Shown piece after piece: positions 44,051 through 53,203 of a stretch of 64,000 nt of DNA. Where the stretch lies: positions 1,854 to 65,853 of the forward strand of contig JALFCG010000072.1 of assembly GCA_022771265.1 (NCBI GenBank), in the 5' to 3' direction. Under the pieces are notes generated by a model that was given only the letters and a program-made list of their open reading frames with translations, had not been told where the DNA came from and ran no database searches. The position numbers were made by a program, and so were the translations under genes. This DNA comes from Prevotella sp. Lineage in GTDB: Bacteria; Bacteroidota; Bacteroidia; Bacteroidales; Bacteroidaceae. Each line of letters opens with the position of its first letter. Position 1 is the first letter of the stretch.

Positions 44051-46123
44051 CTACTCTTTTTCTTGTTCTTTATCGCTCTTTTCGATTGTTTCCTCTGCCT
44101 CGGCATTCACCTCGGGCTCGAAGTTCATCTCTGCTTCGGCATTCACTTCAGGCTCGAAGTTCATCTCGGGCTCGAAGTTGTTGTCCACCTCGTCCTTTTC
44201 CTTCTTATCGACTTCTTCCTTTGCGACGGTCATCTCTTCCACACGCTTGCATATGTCGGCGTTGGTTGCCTTGATGACGCGGAGGTCGCGGAGCAGGCGG
44301 AGACGGAAACGCCACATCCTCAGATAGAAAAACAAACCCAGGGGAAGGATGATGCCAGTCAGGGCGTTGAGCCAACGACGGCGGAACGGACGCGTATGGG
44401 CGTGGGTGGCAATGACAGGATAGCGGTTAAGGCACGCCAGGACAGTCTTGTCCTTCGTGTTCGACAGGTCGTCGATAACCTCCTCCAGTTCCTGGTTGAT
44501 ATCCCTGATTGAGCGGTCGTCGCCCTCACGGAAGAACACCTTGATGGGGTTGGGGGCTTTCAGCAGGCTATGCCGGCGTGAATATTCGGTGATGTCGTCG
44601 CTGATGCGGTTGAGCTTTTCTGCATCGACGGCATAATCGGGGTCGTTGATAATCACCTCTTTCTTAAACACATGGCGCTTCATCCTTATGCCGAGCATCG
44701 ACATCAGCAGGTTCTTGTAGATGTCGATGTTGAACACCACCGAGTCGCTGTTTGCCTTATAGGTGAAGAACATTGCCAACGGTGTCAGCACTGCCATTGA
44801 GATCCACTTTCCGAAAAGCACCGTCCAGTTGTCATCGCGCGCCATTCTCATGCCGGAGAAGTTGAAGATGTAATAGACGATGAACACGAGGACGGAGACA
44901 ATCACCGGCACGCCGAGTCCGCCTTTGCGGATGATGGCACCAAGCGGAGCACCGATGAAGAAGAACACGATGCAAAGCAGCGACAGCGTGACCTTCTCGT
45001 AGGCTTCTATCTGATGGAGACGCTCCTGGCGGTTGATGGCGTAGGAATAGTCGCCCTTCATGTTTATCTCCGACGTGTTCATCTCAACACGGGAGAGGGC
45101 GTTGCGGGTGATGGCTTGCTTGTCCTCCGCCTTATGGGAGTAGTAAAGGCTGTCGATGTCGAGTTTCAGCACTGCCTTGGCAGCCTTGACGGAATCGTCC
45201 TTTGTCAGTCCCGACGCGGAGAAGAGGTTCTGTTTTGCCTCACGGTAATATGACCTTCCCACGGAGTCGTTGAACTCGCGGATGGAGTCGAGGTCGTGGC
45301 GTATCTTCGCCATGCTCTTAGACCTCGCGTCACTGGCAATGCCCGTCACGTCGGCAAGGTTGAAGCCACCGTCGAAGTCAAGGACGATGCGCTTTGAGGA
45401 GAACGTCTCACGGCGGTAGGGCACGCTGGCACTGCCCGCAAGGTCCTGCGACTTCATGTTCTCAAACCACTCTCCGCTGTAAAGCGTGAGCAGCAGGTGC
45501 TTTTTCTCCGCCGTTGACTGAAGCATGCCCGAGTCGGCAAGAATGATGGCGGCATCTTCATAGCCACCGTTCATCCTGTAGATCATGATGCCATAGAGCT
45601 TGCCGGTATTGAGGTCTTTCTTCTGGACATAAAGGTTGCAATTGGGTATCCCGTCGTAGAACACGCCTTCCGGAATCTCCAGTTCCGGGCTTTTCTGCTT
45701 CATCGAGAGCAGGAGCTGGGCAAACGACTTATGGGCCTCAGGACCAATGACATTCTGGAAATAAAACGAACAGAAACAGATGGTTATGACAATGACAATC
45801 AGCGAGCGGAACGCCTGCAAGAGCGAGATGCCCGCAGCCTTTATGGCTGTCAGCTCCGAACTTTCGCCAAGATTTCCGAAAGTGATGAGCGACGACAAGA
45901 GTATAGCCAACGGAAACGCCTGCGGCATGAGCATAAGGCCCATATACCAAAAGAACTGCGCAAGCACTTCCAACGACAGTCCTTTTCCTATCAGCTCTTC
46001 CACATAACGCCACAGGAACTGCATCATCAGCACAAACTGGCAGATGAAAAATGTTCCGACAAAAAGTATGCCGAACTGTTTGGCTATGAATATATCAAGT
46101 TTCTTTATTCGAATCATTCGCAT
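44051..46123 (-). CDS. LptF/LptG family permease with long C-terminal extension
   Basis: 690 aa. N-terminal YjgP/YjgQ-type TM domain, then a C-terminal cytoplasmic extension ending in an acidic tandem repeat. Confidence 0.8.
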   Translation of the reverse strand: MRMIRIKKLDIFIAKQFGILFVGTFFICQFVLMMQFLWRYVEELIGKGLSLEVLAQFFWYMGLMLMPQAFPLAILLSSLITFGNLGESSELTAIKAAGISLLQAFRSLIVIVITICFCSFYFQNVIGPEAHKSFAQLLLSMKQKSPELEIPEGVFYDGIPNCNLYVQKKDLNTGKLYGIMIYRMNGGYEDAAIILADSGMLQSTAEKKHLLLTLYSGEWFENMKSQDLAGSASVPYRRETFSSKRIVLDFDGGFNLADVTGIASDARSKSMAKIRHDLDSIREFNDSVGRSYYREAKQNLFSASGLTKDDSVKAAKAVLKLDIDSLYYSHKAEDKQAITRNALSRVEMNTSEINMKGDYSYAINRQERLHQIEAYEKVTLSLLCIVFFFIGAPLGAIIRKGGLGVPVIVSVLVFIVYYIFNFSGMRMARDDNWTVLFGKWISMAVLTPLAMFFTYKANSDSVVFNIDIYKNLLMSMLGIRMKRHVFKKEVIINDPDYAVDAEKLNRISDDITEYSRRHSLLKAPNPIKVFFREGDDRSIRDINQELEEVIDDLSNTKDKTVLACLNRYPVIATHAHTRPFRRRWLNALTGIILPLGLFFYLRMWRFRLRLLRDLRVIKATNADICKRVEEMTVAKEEVDKKEKDEVDNNFEPEMNFEPEVNAEAEMNFEPEVNAEAEETIEKSDKEQEKE
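44093..44179 (-). repeat. in-frame 36-nt tandem repeat (2.4 copies) in the LptF/G tail
   Basis: Encodes EMNFEPEVNAEA twice plus a partial NFEPE unit. Confidence 0.8.
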
Positions 46124-46157
46124 GCGACATCCTTATTATATAATAGGATTCGGGCTG

Positions 46158-46165
46158 CAAAGTTA
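46158..46165 (-). promoter_or_regulatory. -7 promoter box TAACTTTG
   Basis: Plus strand reads CAAAGTTA, 35 nt upstream of the ATG at 46123. Confidence 0.6.
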
Positions 46166-46263
46166 ACACAAAAAATCCGTATTGCGAAATAAATATGCCA
46201 CAAAATCCCAATTTAATAATGAGATTTTATGTCTATCGCCCGTAAAGAAACACTTTTTCACAC

Positions 46264-46662
46264 CTAAAGACCGCTGACATTATGCAAACGGGAGAGATTG
46301 TCGGCCCAAACGTCACGCATGTAGTCGTAGTCTTCCTCATCAACATGGTCAGTAATCAGCAATATCAGTTTTCCGCTGAACTCGCTCTTACCTATGCGAA
46401 GCTCCCAATAGTCGGCATCCGACGGGTTGACATCCCACTTCAGCCTGATAAAGAGATTCTCCTGACGGTCGATGATTACCGAGGTGCGCACGTCCTGCTG
46501 GGTCCACACCTCACCCCACTTGAAGGTCATCACCCCGTCGCTTTCCTCCACATAGTCTGCCATCCACTTGCTCAAACCGTGAGCGTTGCCAATAAGCCCC
46601 CACACGATTTGCGCCGATTTTGACGTCAATGGATATTCAACTTCAAGTTTCTTCTTGCTCAT
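46264..46662 (-). CDS. START-like (SRPBCC-type) small protein
   Basis: I prefer the ATG at 46662 (MSKKKLEVEYPL...). The longer track ORF would run over the tRNA promoter. 132 aa. Confidence 0.6.
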   Translation of the reverse strand: MSKKKLEVEYPLTSKSAQIVWGLIGNAHGLSKWMADYVEESDGVMTFKWGEVWTQQDVRTSVIIDRQENLFIRLKWDVNPSDADYWELRIGKSEFSGKLILLITDHVDEEDYDYMRDVWADNLSRLHNVSGL

Positions 46663-46783
46663 AACGGCATTTTTAGTTGTTGATAAATGGCTGTGTAGTT
46701 TATTTTCGGTACAAAAATACAAAAAAAATCCCAACCATAAGCATTTTTCCCCAAAAAAATTTGGTGGTTTAACAAAAATGTAG

Positions 46784-46791
46784 TACCTTTG
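46784..46791 (+). promoter_or_regulatory. -7 promoter box TACCTTTG for tRNA
   Basis: Matches TAnnTTTG, 20 nt upstream of the tRNA 5' end. Confidence 0.6.
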
Positions 46792-46810
46792 CACCCGCAA
46801 ACAAGAAAAT

Positions 46811-46884
46811 GGCGGGATAGCTCAGCTGGTTAGAGCGTCGGATTCATAATCCGGAGGTCGTGGGTTCGGGTCCCACCCCCGCTA
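46811..46884 (+). tRNA. tRNA with CAT anticodon (Met elongator, or Ile2 if lysidine-modified)
   Basis: GGCGGGATAGCTCAGCTGGTTAGAGCGTCGGATTCATAATCCGGAGGTCGTGGGTTCGGGTCCCACCCCCGCTA forms a 74-nt cloverleaf. Anticodon loop is TTCATAA. The acceptor stem has one G-U pair and one A-C mismatch. Confidence 0.8.
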
Positions 46885-46890
46885 CTTTTA

Positions 46891-46930
46891 GCACCCTGTA
46901 AACAACACGTTTACAGGGTGCTTTTCTTTT
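46891..46930 (+). terminator. rho-independent terminator
   Basis: A 13-bp stem GCACCCTGTAAAC / GTTTACAGGGTGC with a 5-nt loop, followed by TTTTCTTTT. Confidence 0.85.
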
Positions 46931-47050
46931 ATCTTGCTTTATCTGACTCTTTTTTGTACACTTTTTATATTTAATAAGGTGGAGATGTTAACAATATGTT
47001 AAAGTCGAAAAAAAGTTGCCGAAATATTTGGAGCGTATTTATAATTGCAC

Positions 47051-47058
47051 TACCTTTG
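47051..47058 (+). promoter_or_regulatory. -7 promoter box TACCTTTG
   Basis: Matches TAnnTTTG, 88 nt upstream of the ATG at 47146. Confidence 0.55.
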
Positions 47059-47145
47059 CAGTGTTCTATTAAAGTAGTACACTACTACAGACATAGACAC
47101 AGTGACTTTTAACAATGAAAATAAACAATTAAAAAGAATACGATT

Positions 47146-47631
47146 ATGAATACGATCATCACAGTTTCGACTATCATGTCAATGTACATGAACCTGACAA
47201 CCAACGTGGAAAACAGCAAGTTCTGCTATAACGCAGACATCGAAAACGGTTGTGTGAAATCAATCGAAGTATATGCCAACAACGGCGAATATCTCAAGGC
47301 TAACCTCAAGCGCCTCTACATCTATGACGAACAGAACCGGCTCGTCAAGCGCGAGACACTGAAGTGGAACAAGAAAAGAATGGCATGGGAAAACCACAGC
47401 TGCCTCTGCTACAACTATTCTGCCGAAGGCTACACTGTGGAAAAGCGCTTTTGGGACGAGGCAAGCAACAACTATGGAGAGGCAAAGGAATACAGCCACT
47501 ACACCATAATTATGGACAACGTGATTGCCGTGAACGAGTACACGAAGGACTTGGACAAAGGCGAATACGCTCTTGTCAAGAACACTCTCATAATGACTCC
47601 CGACACCAGCAAACTCATGGCTACTGAATAA
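47146..47631 (+). CDS. hypothetical protein (possibly DUF3836-like beta-rich protein)
   Basis: 161 aa. Repeated Y-x-Y / W patterns (LYIYDEQNRLVKRETLKWNKKRMAWE...CYNYSAEGY). The start is uncertain. Confidence 0.5.
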   Translation: MNTIITVSTIMSMYMNLTTNVENSKFCYNADIENGCVKSIEVYANNGEYLKANLKRLYIYDEQNRLVKRETLKWNKKRMAWENHSCLCYNYSAEGYTVEKRFWDEASNNYGEAKEYSHYTIIMDNVIAVNEYTKDLDKGEYALVKNTLIMTPDTSKLMATE

Positions 47632-47673
47632 GGACAAGAACAATAACAACAAAAAAAAGAAAGGAATACAACC

Positions 47674-48483
47674 ATGATTGAAGTAAACAACATCAGTTTC
47701 AGATACCCCGGCTCAAAGCGCCAGGTGTTCAACGACTTCAGCCTTAAGCTCGACTCTAACAACATCTACGGCCTGCTCGGAAAGAACGGCACAGGAAAGT
47801 CAACACTGCTCTACCTCATCAGCGGACTGTTGCGTCCATCGAAAGGAGAGGTCATTGTGGACGGGAACCCTGCAATGAAGCGGCGACCGGAAATGCTTCA
47901 GGAATTGTTCATCGTGCCGGAAGAGTTCGATCTGCCTGCCGTGACGCTCGACAACTATGTCAAGATGAACGAGCCGTTCTACCCGAAGTTCAACCGGGAG
48001 GTGATGGAAAGCTGCCTCAAGGACTTCGACATGCCGCTCTTCCACAAGCTCAACGAGCTCTCGATGGGACAGAAGAAAAAGGTGTTCATGAGCTTCGCAC
48101 TGGCAGCCGGAACACGCTACCTCTTCATGGACGAGCCAACCAACGGCCTTGACATTCCCTCGAAGACGCAGTTCCGCCGTGCCGTGGCAAACAATATGAC
48201 CGACGACCGCACGCTCATCATCTCCACCCACCAGGTTCACGACGTTGAAACGCTCCTCGACCACATTCTCATCCTCAGCGAGAGCCGCATGTTGCTTGAC
48301 GCTTCAATAGGAGATATTTGCGGGAAATACTCATTCGAGTTCCGTCAGCCACAGGAAATGGACGACACTGTAGTTTATGCCGAGCCAACGCTTCAGGGCA
48401 ACGCCGTGATAGCCAAACGTCAAGCTGGCAGTTCCGAGACTCAGGTAAACCTTGAGCTCCTGTTCAACTACATCAACAAATAA
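47674..48483 (+). CDS. ABC transporter ATP-binding protein
   Basis: 269 aa. Walker A GKNGTGKST, signature LSMGQKKK and Walker B LFMDEP. Confidence 0.9.
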   Translation: MIEVNNISFRYPGSKRQVFNDFSLKLDSNNIYGLLGKNGTGKSTLLYLISGLLRPSKGEVIVDGNPAMKRRPEMLQELFIVPEEFDLPAVTLDNYVKMNEPFYPKFNREVMESCLKDFDMPLFHKLNELSMGQKKKVFMSFALAAGTRYLFMDEPTNGLDIPSKTQFRRAVANNMTDDRTLIISTHQVHDVETLLDHILILSESRMLLDASIGDICGKYSFEFRQPQEMDDTVVYAEPTLQGNAVIAKRQAGSSETQVNLELLFNYINK

Positions 48484-48520
48484 AGCTCTTTCATTGTCAA
48501 ACATTAAAAAACAAAGAAAA

Positions 48521-49363
48521 ATGAATACAACATTCGACATAAACAGATTCAAGAACCTCGCACGATTTGTGATAGTTTCTGAACACAGGAACTTCTTGCG
48601 CGGACTGATAGGCTTCACCGTGGCGGCAGCCTTCTTCTTCGGTTTCAACTTCTATCTCAAGAAAGATTCGCTCTTGTTTTATCCCGACTCGACAGAATTC
48701 ATCTATGGCAACCTCGCAGGAGTGGCAGCGTTCATGGGCTTCATGATCATGTTAGTCGCAGGCTGCAGCCTCTTCAAGAACATGCTCACCAAGCAACAGC
48801 GCATCGCCTTCCTCTCACTGCCTGCCTCAAACATGGAGAAATACCTCGTGAGACTGCTTTGGAGCAACATCGGCTATTTCCTGCTTTTCGTCATTGGCGT
48901 CTGCCTTGCCGACGCATTGCTCGCCCTGTTCACCATTTCCCTTGGCTTTGGCATCCCAGGCTCTGTCGTAGGCAATATCTGCAAAGCGCTCTTCTGCAAC
49001 GGTTCTTCATCAATAAGGATTGATGGTGTCATGCTGCCAGGTTATTATCTATATGTCCTCATGACCACATTCGCACTTTTCATCCATTCGTCATGGACAA
49101 TCCTCGGAACTCTTTTCCGCAAGAACGCCTGGCTGTGGACCATCTGCATCCAAGTCGGCCTGGGAACTCTATGGGGCGTGATTGTTATCGATAATCCTTC
49201 GTTAGACATCTTCTTTGAAAACATTTACAACCTTATCGGTATCAAACCGATGTTCTGGATTGGCATCGTAACCGGACTGTCACTCGCATCGCTCATGTAC
49301 TGGGGAAGCTACAGGCTGTTCTGCCGCATGCAAGTTATCAACAACAAAATTGTAAACCTTTAA
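48521..49363 (+). CDS. multi-pass membrane protein (putative ABC-2-type permease partner)
   Basis: I prefer the ATG at 48521 (MNTTFDINRF...). About 6 TM helices, between an ABC ATPase and a YtrA-type regulator. Confidence 0.65.
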   Translation: MNTTFDINRFKNLARFVIVSEHRNFLRGLIGFTVAAAFFFGFNFYLKKDSLLFYPDSTEFIYGNLAGVAAFMGFMIMLVAGCSLFKNMLTKQQRIAFLSLPASNMEKYLVRLLWSNIGYFLLFVIGVCLADALLALFTISLGFGIPGSVVGNICKALFCNGSSSIRIDGVMLPGYYLYVLMTTFALFIHSSWTILGTLFRKNAWLWTICIQVGLGTLWGVIVIDNPSLDIFFENIYNLIGIKPMFWIGIVTGLSLASLMYWGSYRLFCRMQVINNKIVNL

Positions 49364-49375
49364 GTTTCAGAAGAT

Positions 49376-49729
49376 ATGAATTTCAGTAACGACAAAGCAA
49401 TATACATACAGATGGCAGACCGGCTGTGTGACGAAATCATTGCCGGCACTTACAAGGACGACGACCGAATACCAAGCGTACGCGAATATGCAGTAATGCT
49501 ACAGGTCAACACCAACACTGCGGTGAAAGCTTACGACCAGCTGGCACGCGATGGCATCATCTACAACAAGCGAGGCCTCGGCTACTTCGTCACTGCAGGA
49601 GCGTCAAAGGAAATCAAGAAGGCGAGAAAGGCCGAATTTATGAAACAAACCCTGCCCGAGCTGTTCCGGCAGATGCGCCTTCTCGACATAACACTGGAGG
49701 ATATTGAGAAAAAATGGCAACAGGAATAG
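49376..49729 (+). CDS. GntR family transcriptional regulator, YtrA subfamily
   Basis: 117 aa. Winged-helix segment is DRIPSVREYAVMLQVNTNTAVKAYDQL, with a short C-terminal region. Confidence 0.85.
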   Translation: MNFSNDKAIYIQMADRLCDEIIAGTYKDDDRIPSVREYAVMLQVNTNTAVKAYDQLARDGIIYNKRGLGYFVTAGASKEIKKARKAEFMKQTLPELFRQMRLLDITLEDIEKKWQQE

Positions 49730-49817
49730 TATTTTTAACATTAATTACATTCTGTTTTGCAGCTTTTTGCTGACAAGATGAGTCTAACGGACGTAACAGA
49801 ATAATTCAAATAAGAAC

Positions 49818-50522
49818 ATGATTCATCTCAGAGACATCAACAAAACCTATCAGGGAGCGCAGCCGCTTCATGTGCTCAAGGGCATCAATCTCGACATCGA
49901 GAAGGGCGAGTTCGTTTCCATTATGGGCGCGTCAGGTTCAGGAAAATCGACATTGTTAAACATTCTCGGCATTCTCGACAACTACGACTCCGGCGAATAC
50001 CTGCTCAACAATGTCCCTATATGGAACCTCAGCGAGACGCGTGCCGCGGAATACCGCAACCGAATGATAGGCTTCATTTTCCAGTCGTTCAATCTCATAC
50101 CATTCAAGACTGCCGTAGAAAACGTCGAGCTGCCACTTTTTTACCAAGGTGTCAGCCGACGCAAACGGCAACAGATGGCAATGGAATACCTCGACCGCCT
50201 CGGACTCGCACAATGGGCAAACCACTACCCCAACGAGATGTCAGGCGGACAGAAACAGCGAGTGGCAATAGCCAGGGCTCTCATCACAAAACCTCAAATC
50301 ATACTTGCCGACGAACCTACGGGAGCCCTCGACTCAAAGACCAGCAAGGAAGTGATGGACCTTCTCAAGAAGCTCAACAACGACGAGGGAATAACCATCG
50401 TTGTGGTGACACACGAAGGAGGCGTTGCCAACGAGACTAACAAAATCGTACACATAAAGGACGGACTCATTGGCAACATCGAGGAGAACTTCGACCATCA
50501 CGCCAACAGAGGATTCAAGTAA
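49818..50522 (+). CDS. ABC transporter ATP-binding protein (MacB/LolD-type)
   Basis: 234 aa. Motifs GASGSGKST, LSGGQKQRVAIARAL and ILADEPTGALD. Confidence 0.9.
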   Translation: MIHLRDINKTYQGAQPLHVLKGINLDIEKGEFVSIMGASGSGKSTLLNILGILDNYDSGEYLLNNVPIWNLSETRAAEYRNRMIGFIFQSFNLIPFKTAVENVELPLFYQGVSRRKRQQMAMEYLDRLGLAQWANHYPNEMSGGQKQRVAIARALITKPQIILADEPTGALDSKTSKEVMDLLKKLNNDEGITIVVVTHEGGVANETNKIVHIKDGLIGNIEENFDHHANRGFK

Positions 50523-50532
50523 ATTAACATCT

Positions 50533-51792
50533 ATGATAGAACTCTTCAAGGAAATATGGAGCACCGCCAAGCGCAACAAGCTCCGCACTTCACTCACAGG
50601 CTTTGCCGTGGCATGGGGAATTTTCATGATCATATTCCTCCTCGGAGCGGGCAACGGGCTTATCAACGCTCAGCTCGACCAGCAAAACAGGCATCTCGCC
50701 AACTCGATGAAGATATTCAGCGGAAACACTTCCAAACCGTTCAAAGGGCTGAAGGAAGGACGATACATTCCGCTTAAAGAAAAAGATGTTGACATCACTG
50801 AGAAAACATTCAGGGATAACACAACCAATGTCGGCTCAGAACTGACCGTGGGAGGACTAAACATATCGTTTGGCGACAAATACATTTCAGCACAGAACCT
50901 CAATGGTGTCTATCCCTCGGAAAAAGACATCAACAAGCGCGAGATGATTGCTGGACGTTTCATCAACGACATCGACATGAAACAGCAGCGCAAGGTCATC
51001 GCCCTTTGGCAAGAACAGGCAAAGGAACTGACCCACGACCCTAACTCCCTTATAGGCAAGTACATAAAGGTTGGCGACTTGGCATTCAAGGTCATAGGAT
51101 TGCTGAAAGACGACAAGCAAAACCAAAACGTGTCGGCTTTCATCCCCTACACCACCTTAAAAACCATTTATTCCAAGGGCGACGAGGCAGGAAGCATACA
51201 GTTTGAGATAAAGGATCTCATTACCAAGGAGCAGAACGAAGAGTTTGAAAAACGCTATCGGGCGCACATCAACATACAGCACCAGGCTGACCCTAACGAC
51301 GAGTCAGCACTATACATCTGGAACCGTTACACTCAAAACATACAGATGCAAACCGGTATAGGCATAATAAGGACAGGTCTCTGGATCATAGGACTTTTCA
51401 CCCTGCTGAGCGGAGTCGTCGGAGTGTCAAACATAATGCTCATTACGGTAAAGGAACGCACTCGGGAATTTGGGGTACGCAAGGCCATTGGAGCCAAGCC
51501 GTGGCAAATCCTTAAGCTCATAATCACCGAAAGCATCATCACGACAGCCATCTTTGGTTATTTCGGCATGCTTTGCGGTATTGCCGCCAACGAATATATG
51601 AATGCGACGATAGGCAACGAAGTGGTTGACACCGGAATATTCCAGGCCACGATGTTCCTCGACCCCACCGTAGGGCTTGACGTGTGCATAAACGCCACTC
51701 TCGTCATCATCCTCGCAGGAACAGTGGCAGGCCTCATTCCCGCCATCAAGGCAGCAAAAGTCCGCCCGATAGAAGCCCTGAGAGCAGAATAA
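50533..51792 (+). CDS. ABC transporter permease, FtsX/MacB family
   Basis: I prefer the ATG at 50533 (MIELFKEIWSTAKRNKLRT...). MacB periplasmic core domain plus a C-terminal FtsX 3-TM bundle. Confidence 0.85.
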   Translation: MIELFKEIWSTAKRNKLRTSLTGFAVAWGIFMIIFLLGAGNGLINAQLDQQNRHLANSMKIFSGNTSKPFKGLKEGRYIPLKEKDVDITEKTFRDNTTNVGSELTVGGLNISFGDKYISAQNLNGVYPSEKDINKREMIAGRFINDIDMKQQRKVIALWQEQAKELTHDPNSLIGKYIKVGDLAFKVIGLLKDDKQNQNVSAFIPYTTLKTIYSKGDEAGSIQFEIKDLITKEQNEEFEKRYRAHINIQHQADPNDESALYIWNRYTQNIQMQTGIGIIRTGLWIIGLFTLLSGVVGVSNIMLITVKERTREFGVRKAIGAKPWQILKLIITESIITTAIFGYFGMLCGIAANEYMNATIGNEVVDTGIFQATMFLDPTVGLDVCINATLVIILAGTVAGLIPAIKAAKVRPIEALRAE

Positions 51793-51829
51793 CGTTTCAT
51801 CATTCCCATTTTCAACAAATTAAAGAAAT

Positions 51830-53074
51830 ATGAGATTCGACATAGATACATACAGGGAAATCATCGACACCATAACAAGAAACAAGACGAGGTCATTCCT
51901 GACCGGGTTCGGAGTGTTTTGGGGAGTGTTCATGCTTATCTTCCTCATCGGAGGAGGAAACGGCTTTAAGGAAACCCTGCAAAACAACTTTGCCGGCTTT
52001 GCCACCAACTCTGCAATGATATGGACACAGAACACCACTAAGCCATACAAGGGATTCAGGAAAGGCAGATATTTCTCAATGGTGGAAAAAGACATTGAGC
52101 GCCTTAGACAGCAAGTGCCGGAACTTGACGTCATCACGCCGGTGATGTTCGGAGGAAAGAAAGATGCTGTCATGGACGACAAGTCTTTCTCGGCAAACGT
52201 CTCTGGGGTTAGTTTCGACTATCCGCATATCAATCCTCCCATAATGTACTACGGACGTTTCCTTAACGAGATGGACATTCGTGAAGGAAGGAAAGTATGC
52301 GTCATTGGCAAGGAGGTGTATAAAAAACTCTTTCCTGGAGTTGGCGACCCTTGCGGGAAAAGCATAAGAATCGACGGGACATACTATAAGGTGGTAGGTG
52401 TTGACTACAAGGTCAACGGCATTAACATCAACGGCCGACCTGACGAGCTCGTCACCATCCCCTACACCCTTTTCCGGAAGATATACAACACTGGCGACCA
52501 AATACACAGCCTTGCCGTGACAGCCAAGCCCGGAGTAGTGATGAGCTCCATCACCGACCGTATGAGAACGGTAATAGCCCGCGCCCATACCGTTGACCCT
52601 ACAGACGAGAAGGCGGTGACCCTGTTCAACACCGAGTTGCTCTTCGCAATGCTTGACAACCTCTTCAACGGTGTCAACTTTCTCATTTGGCTCATCGGCA
52701 TCGGCACCCTTCTCGCAGGAGCCATTGGTGTGTCTAACATCATGATGGTCACTGTCAAGGAGAGAACCACCGAGATTGGAATACGTCGCGCCATTGGTGC
52801 CACACCAAGGACAATCCTCTCGCAGATTATCTCTGAAAGCATCCTGCTGACGGCGGTGGCTGGAATGAGCGGAATCCTTTTCGGAGTCAGTTTGTTGCAA
52901 ATGATAGAACTGGCAAACACAACCGACGGCATCCTTTCCGCTCACTTCCAAATTAACTTCTGGACAGCTATTGCCGCAGCGGTATTGTTAAGTGTACTCG
53001 GCGGACTTGCAGGCCTCGCTCCTGCATGGCGGGCCATGAGCATCAAACCTGTAGATGCGATGAGAGACGAGTAA
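51830..53074 (+). CDS. ABC transporter permease, FtsX/MacB family
   Basis: 414 aa, paralogous to the preceding permease (ERTTEIGIRRAIGA motif). Confidence 0.85.
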   Translation: MRFDIDTYREIIDTITRNKTRSFLTGFGVFWGVFMLIFLIGGGNGFKETLQNNFAGFATNSAMIWTQNTTKPYKGFRKGRYFSMVEKDIERLRQQVPELDVITPVMFGGKKDAVMDDKSFSANVSGVSFDYPHINPPIMYYGRFLNEMDIREGRKVCVIGKEVYKKLFPGVGDPCGKSIRIDGTYYKVVGVDYKVNGININGRPDELVTIPYTLFRKIYNTGDQIHSLAVTAKPGVVMSSITDRMRTVIARAHTVDPTDEKAVTLFNTELLFAMLDNLFNGVNFLIWLIGIGTLLAGAIGVSNIMMVTVKERTTEIGIRRAIGATPRTILSQIISESILLTAVAGMSGILFGVSLLQMIELANTTDGILSAHFQINFWTAIAAAVLLSVLGGLAGLAPAWRAMSIKPVDAMRDE

Positions 53075-53094
53075 AAGCTATCGTTTTTTTCCTG

Positions 53095-53157
53095 AAAGTC
53101 TAGAAAGTCTAGAAAATCTAGAAAATCTAGAAAATCTAGAAAGTCTAGAAAGTCTAG
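53095..53157 (+). repeat. tandem 9-nt array (AAARTCTAG) x7
   Basis: Units are AAAGTCTAG x2, AAAATCTAG x3, AAAGTCTAG x2, a mirror-symmetric order. Each unit carries the palindrome TCTAGA. The array is followed by an A-rich tract. Confidence 0.9.
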
Positions 53158-53203
53158 AAAAAAAAATCAACCATAGAAAAAAAACAAAAAAAAAGATAAT
53201 AAT

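Noticed and set aside
46811-49729. tRNA(CAT)-adjacent genes (161-aa unknown, ABC ATPase, membrane protein, YtrA regulator) as a tRNA-integrated genomic island.
   Set aside because: There is no integrase, I could not see a direct repeat of the tRNA 3' end downstream, and YtrA-type ABC operons are ordinary chromosomal modules.
17012-53157. Could the short periodic arrays (GTTACNNN, GGAGTTAA, CAAGTTGA, AAARTCTAG) be degenerate CRISPR arrays?
   Set aside because: The periods are 8-9 nt with no unique spacers. There are no 25-40-nt repeats alternating with spacers and no cas genes in the window.
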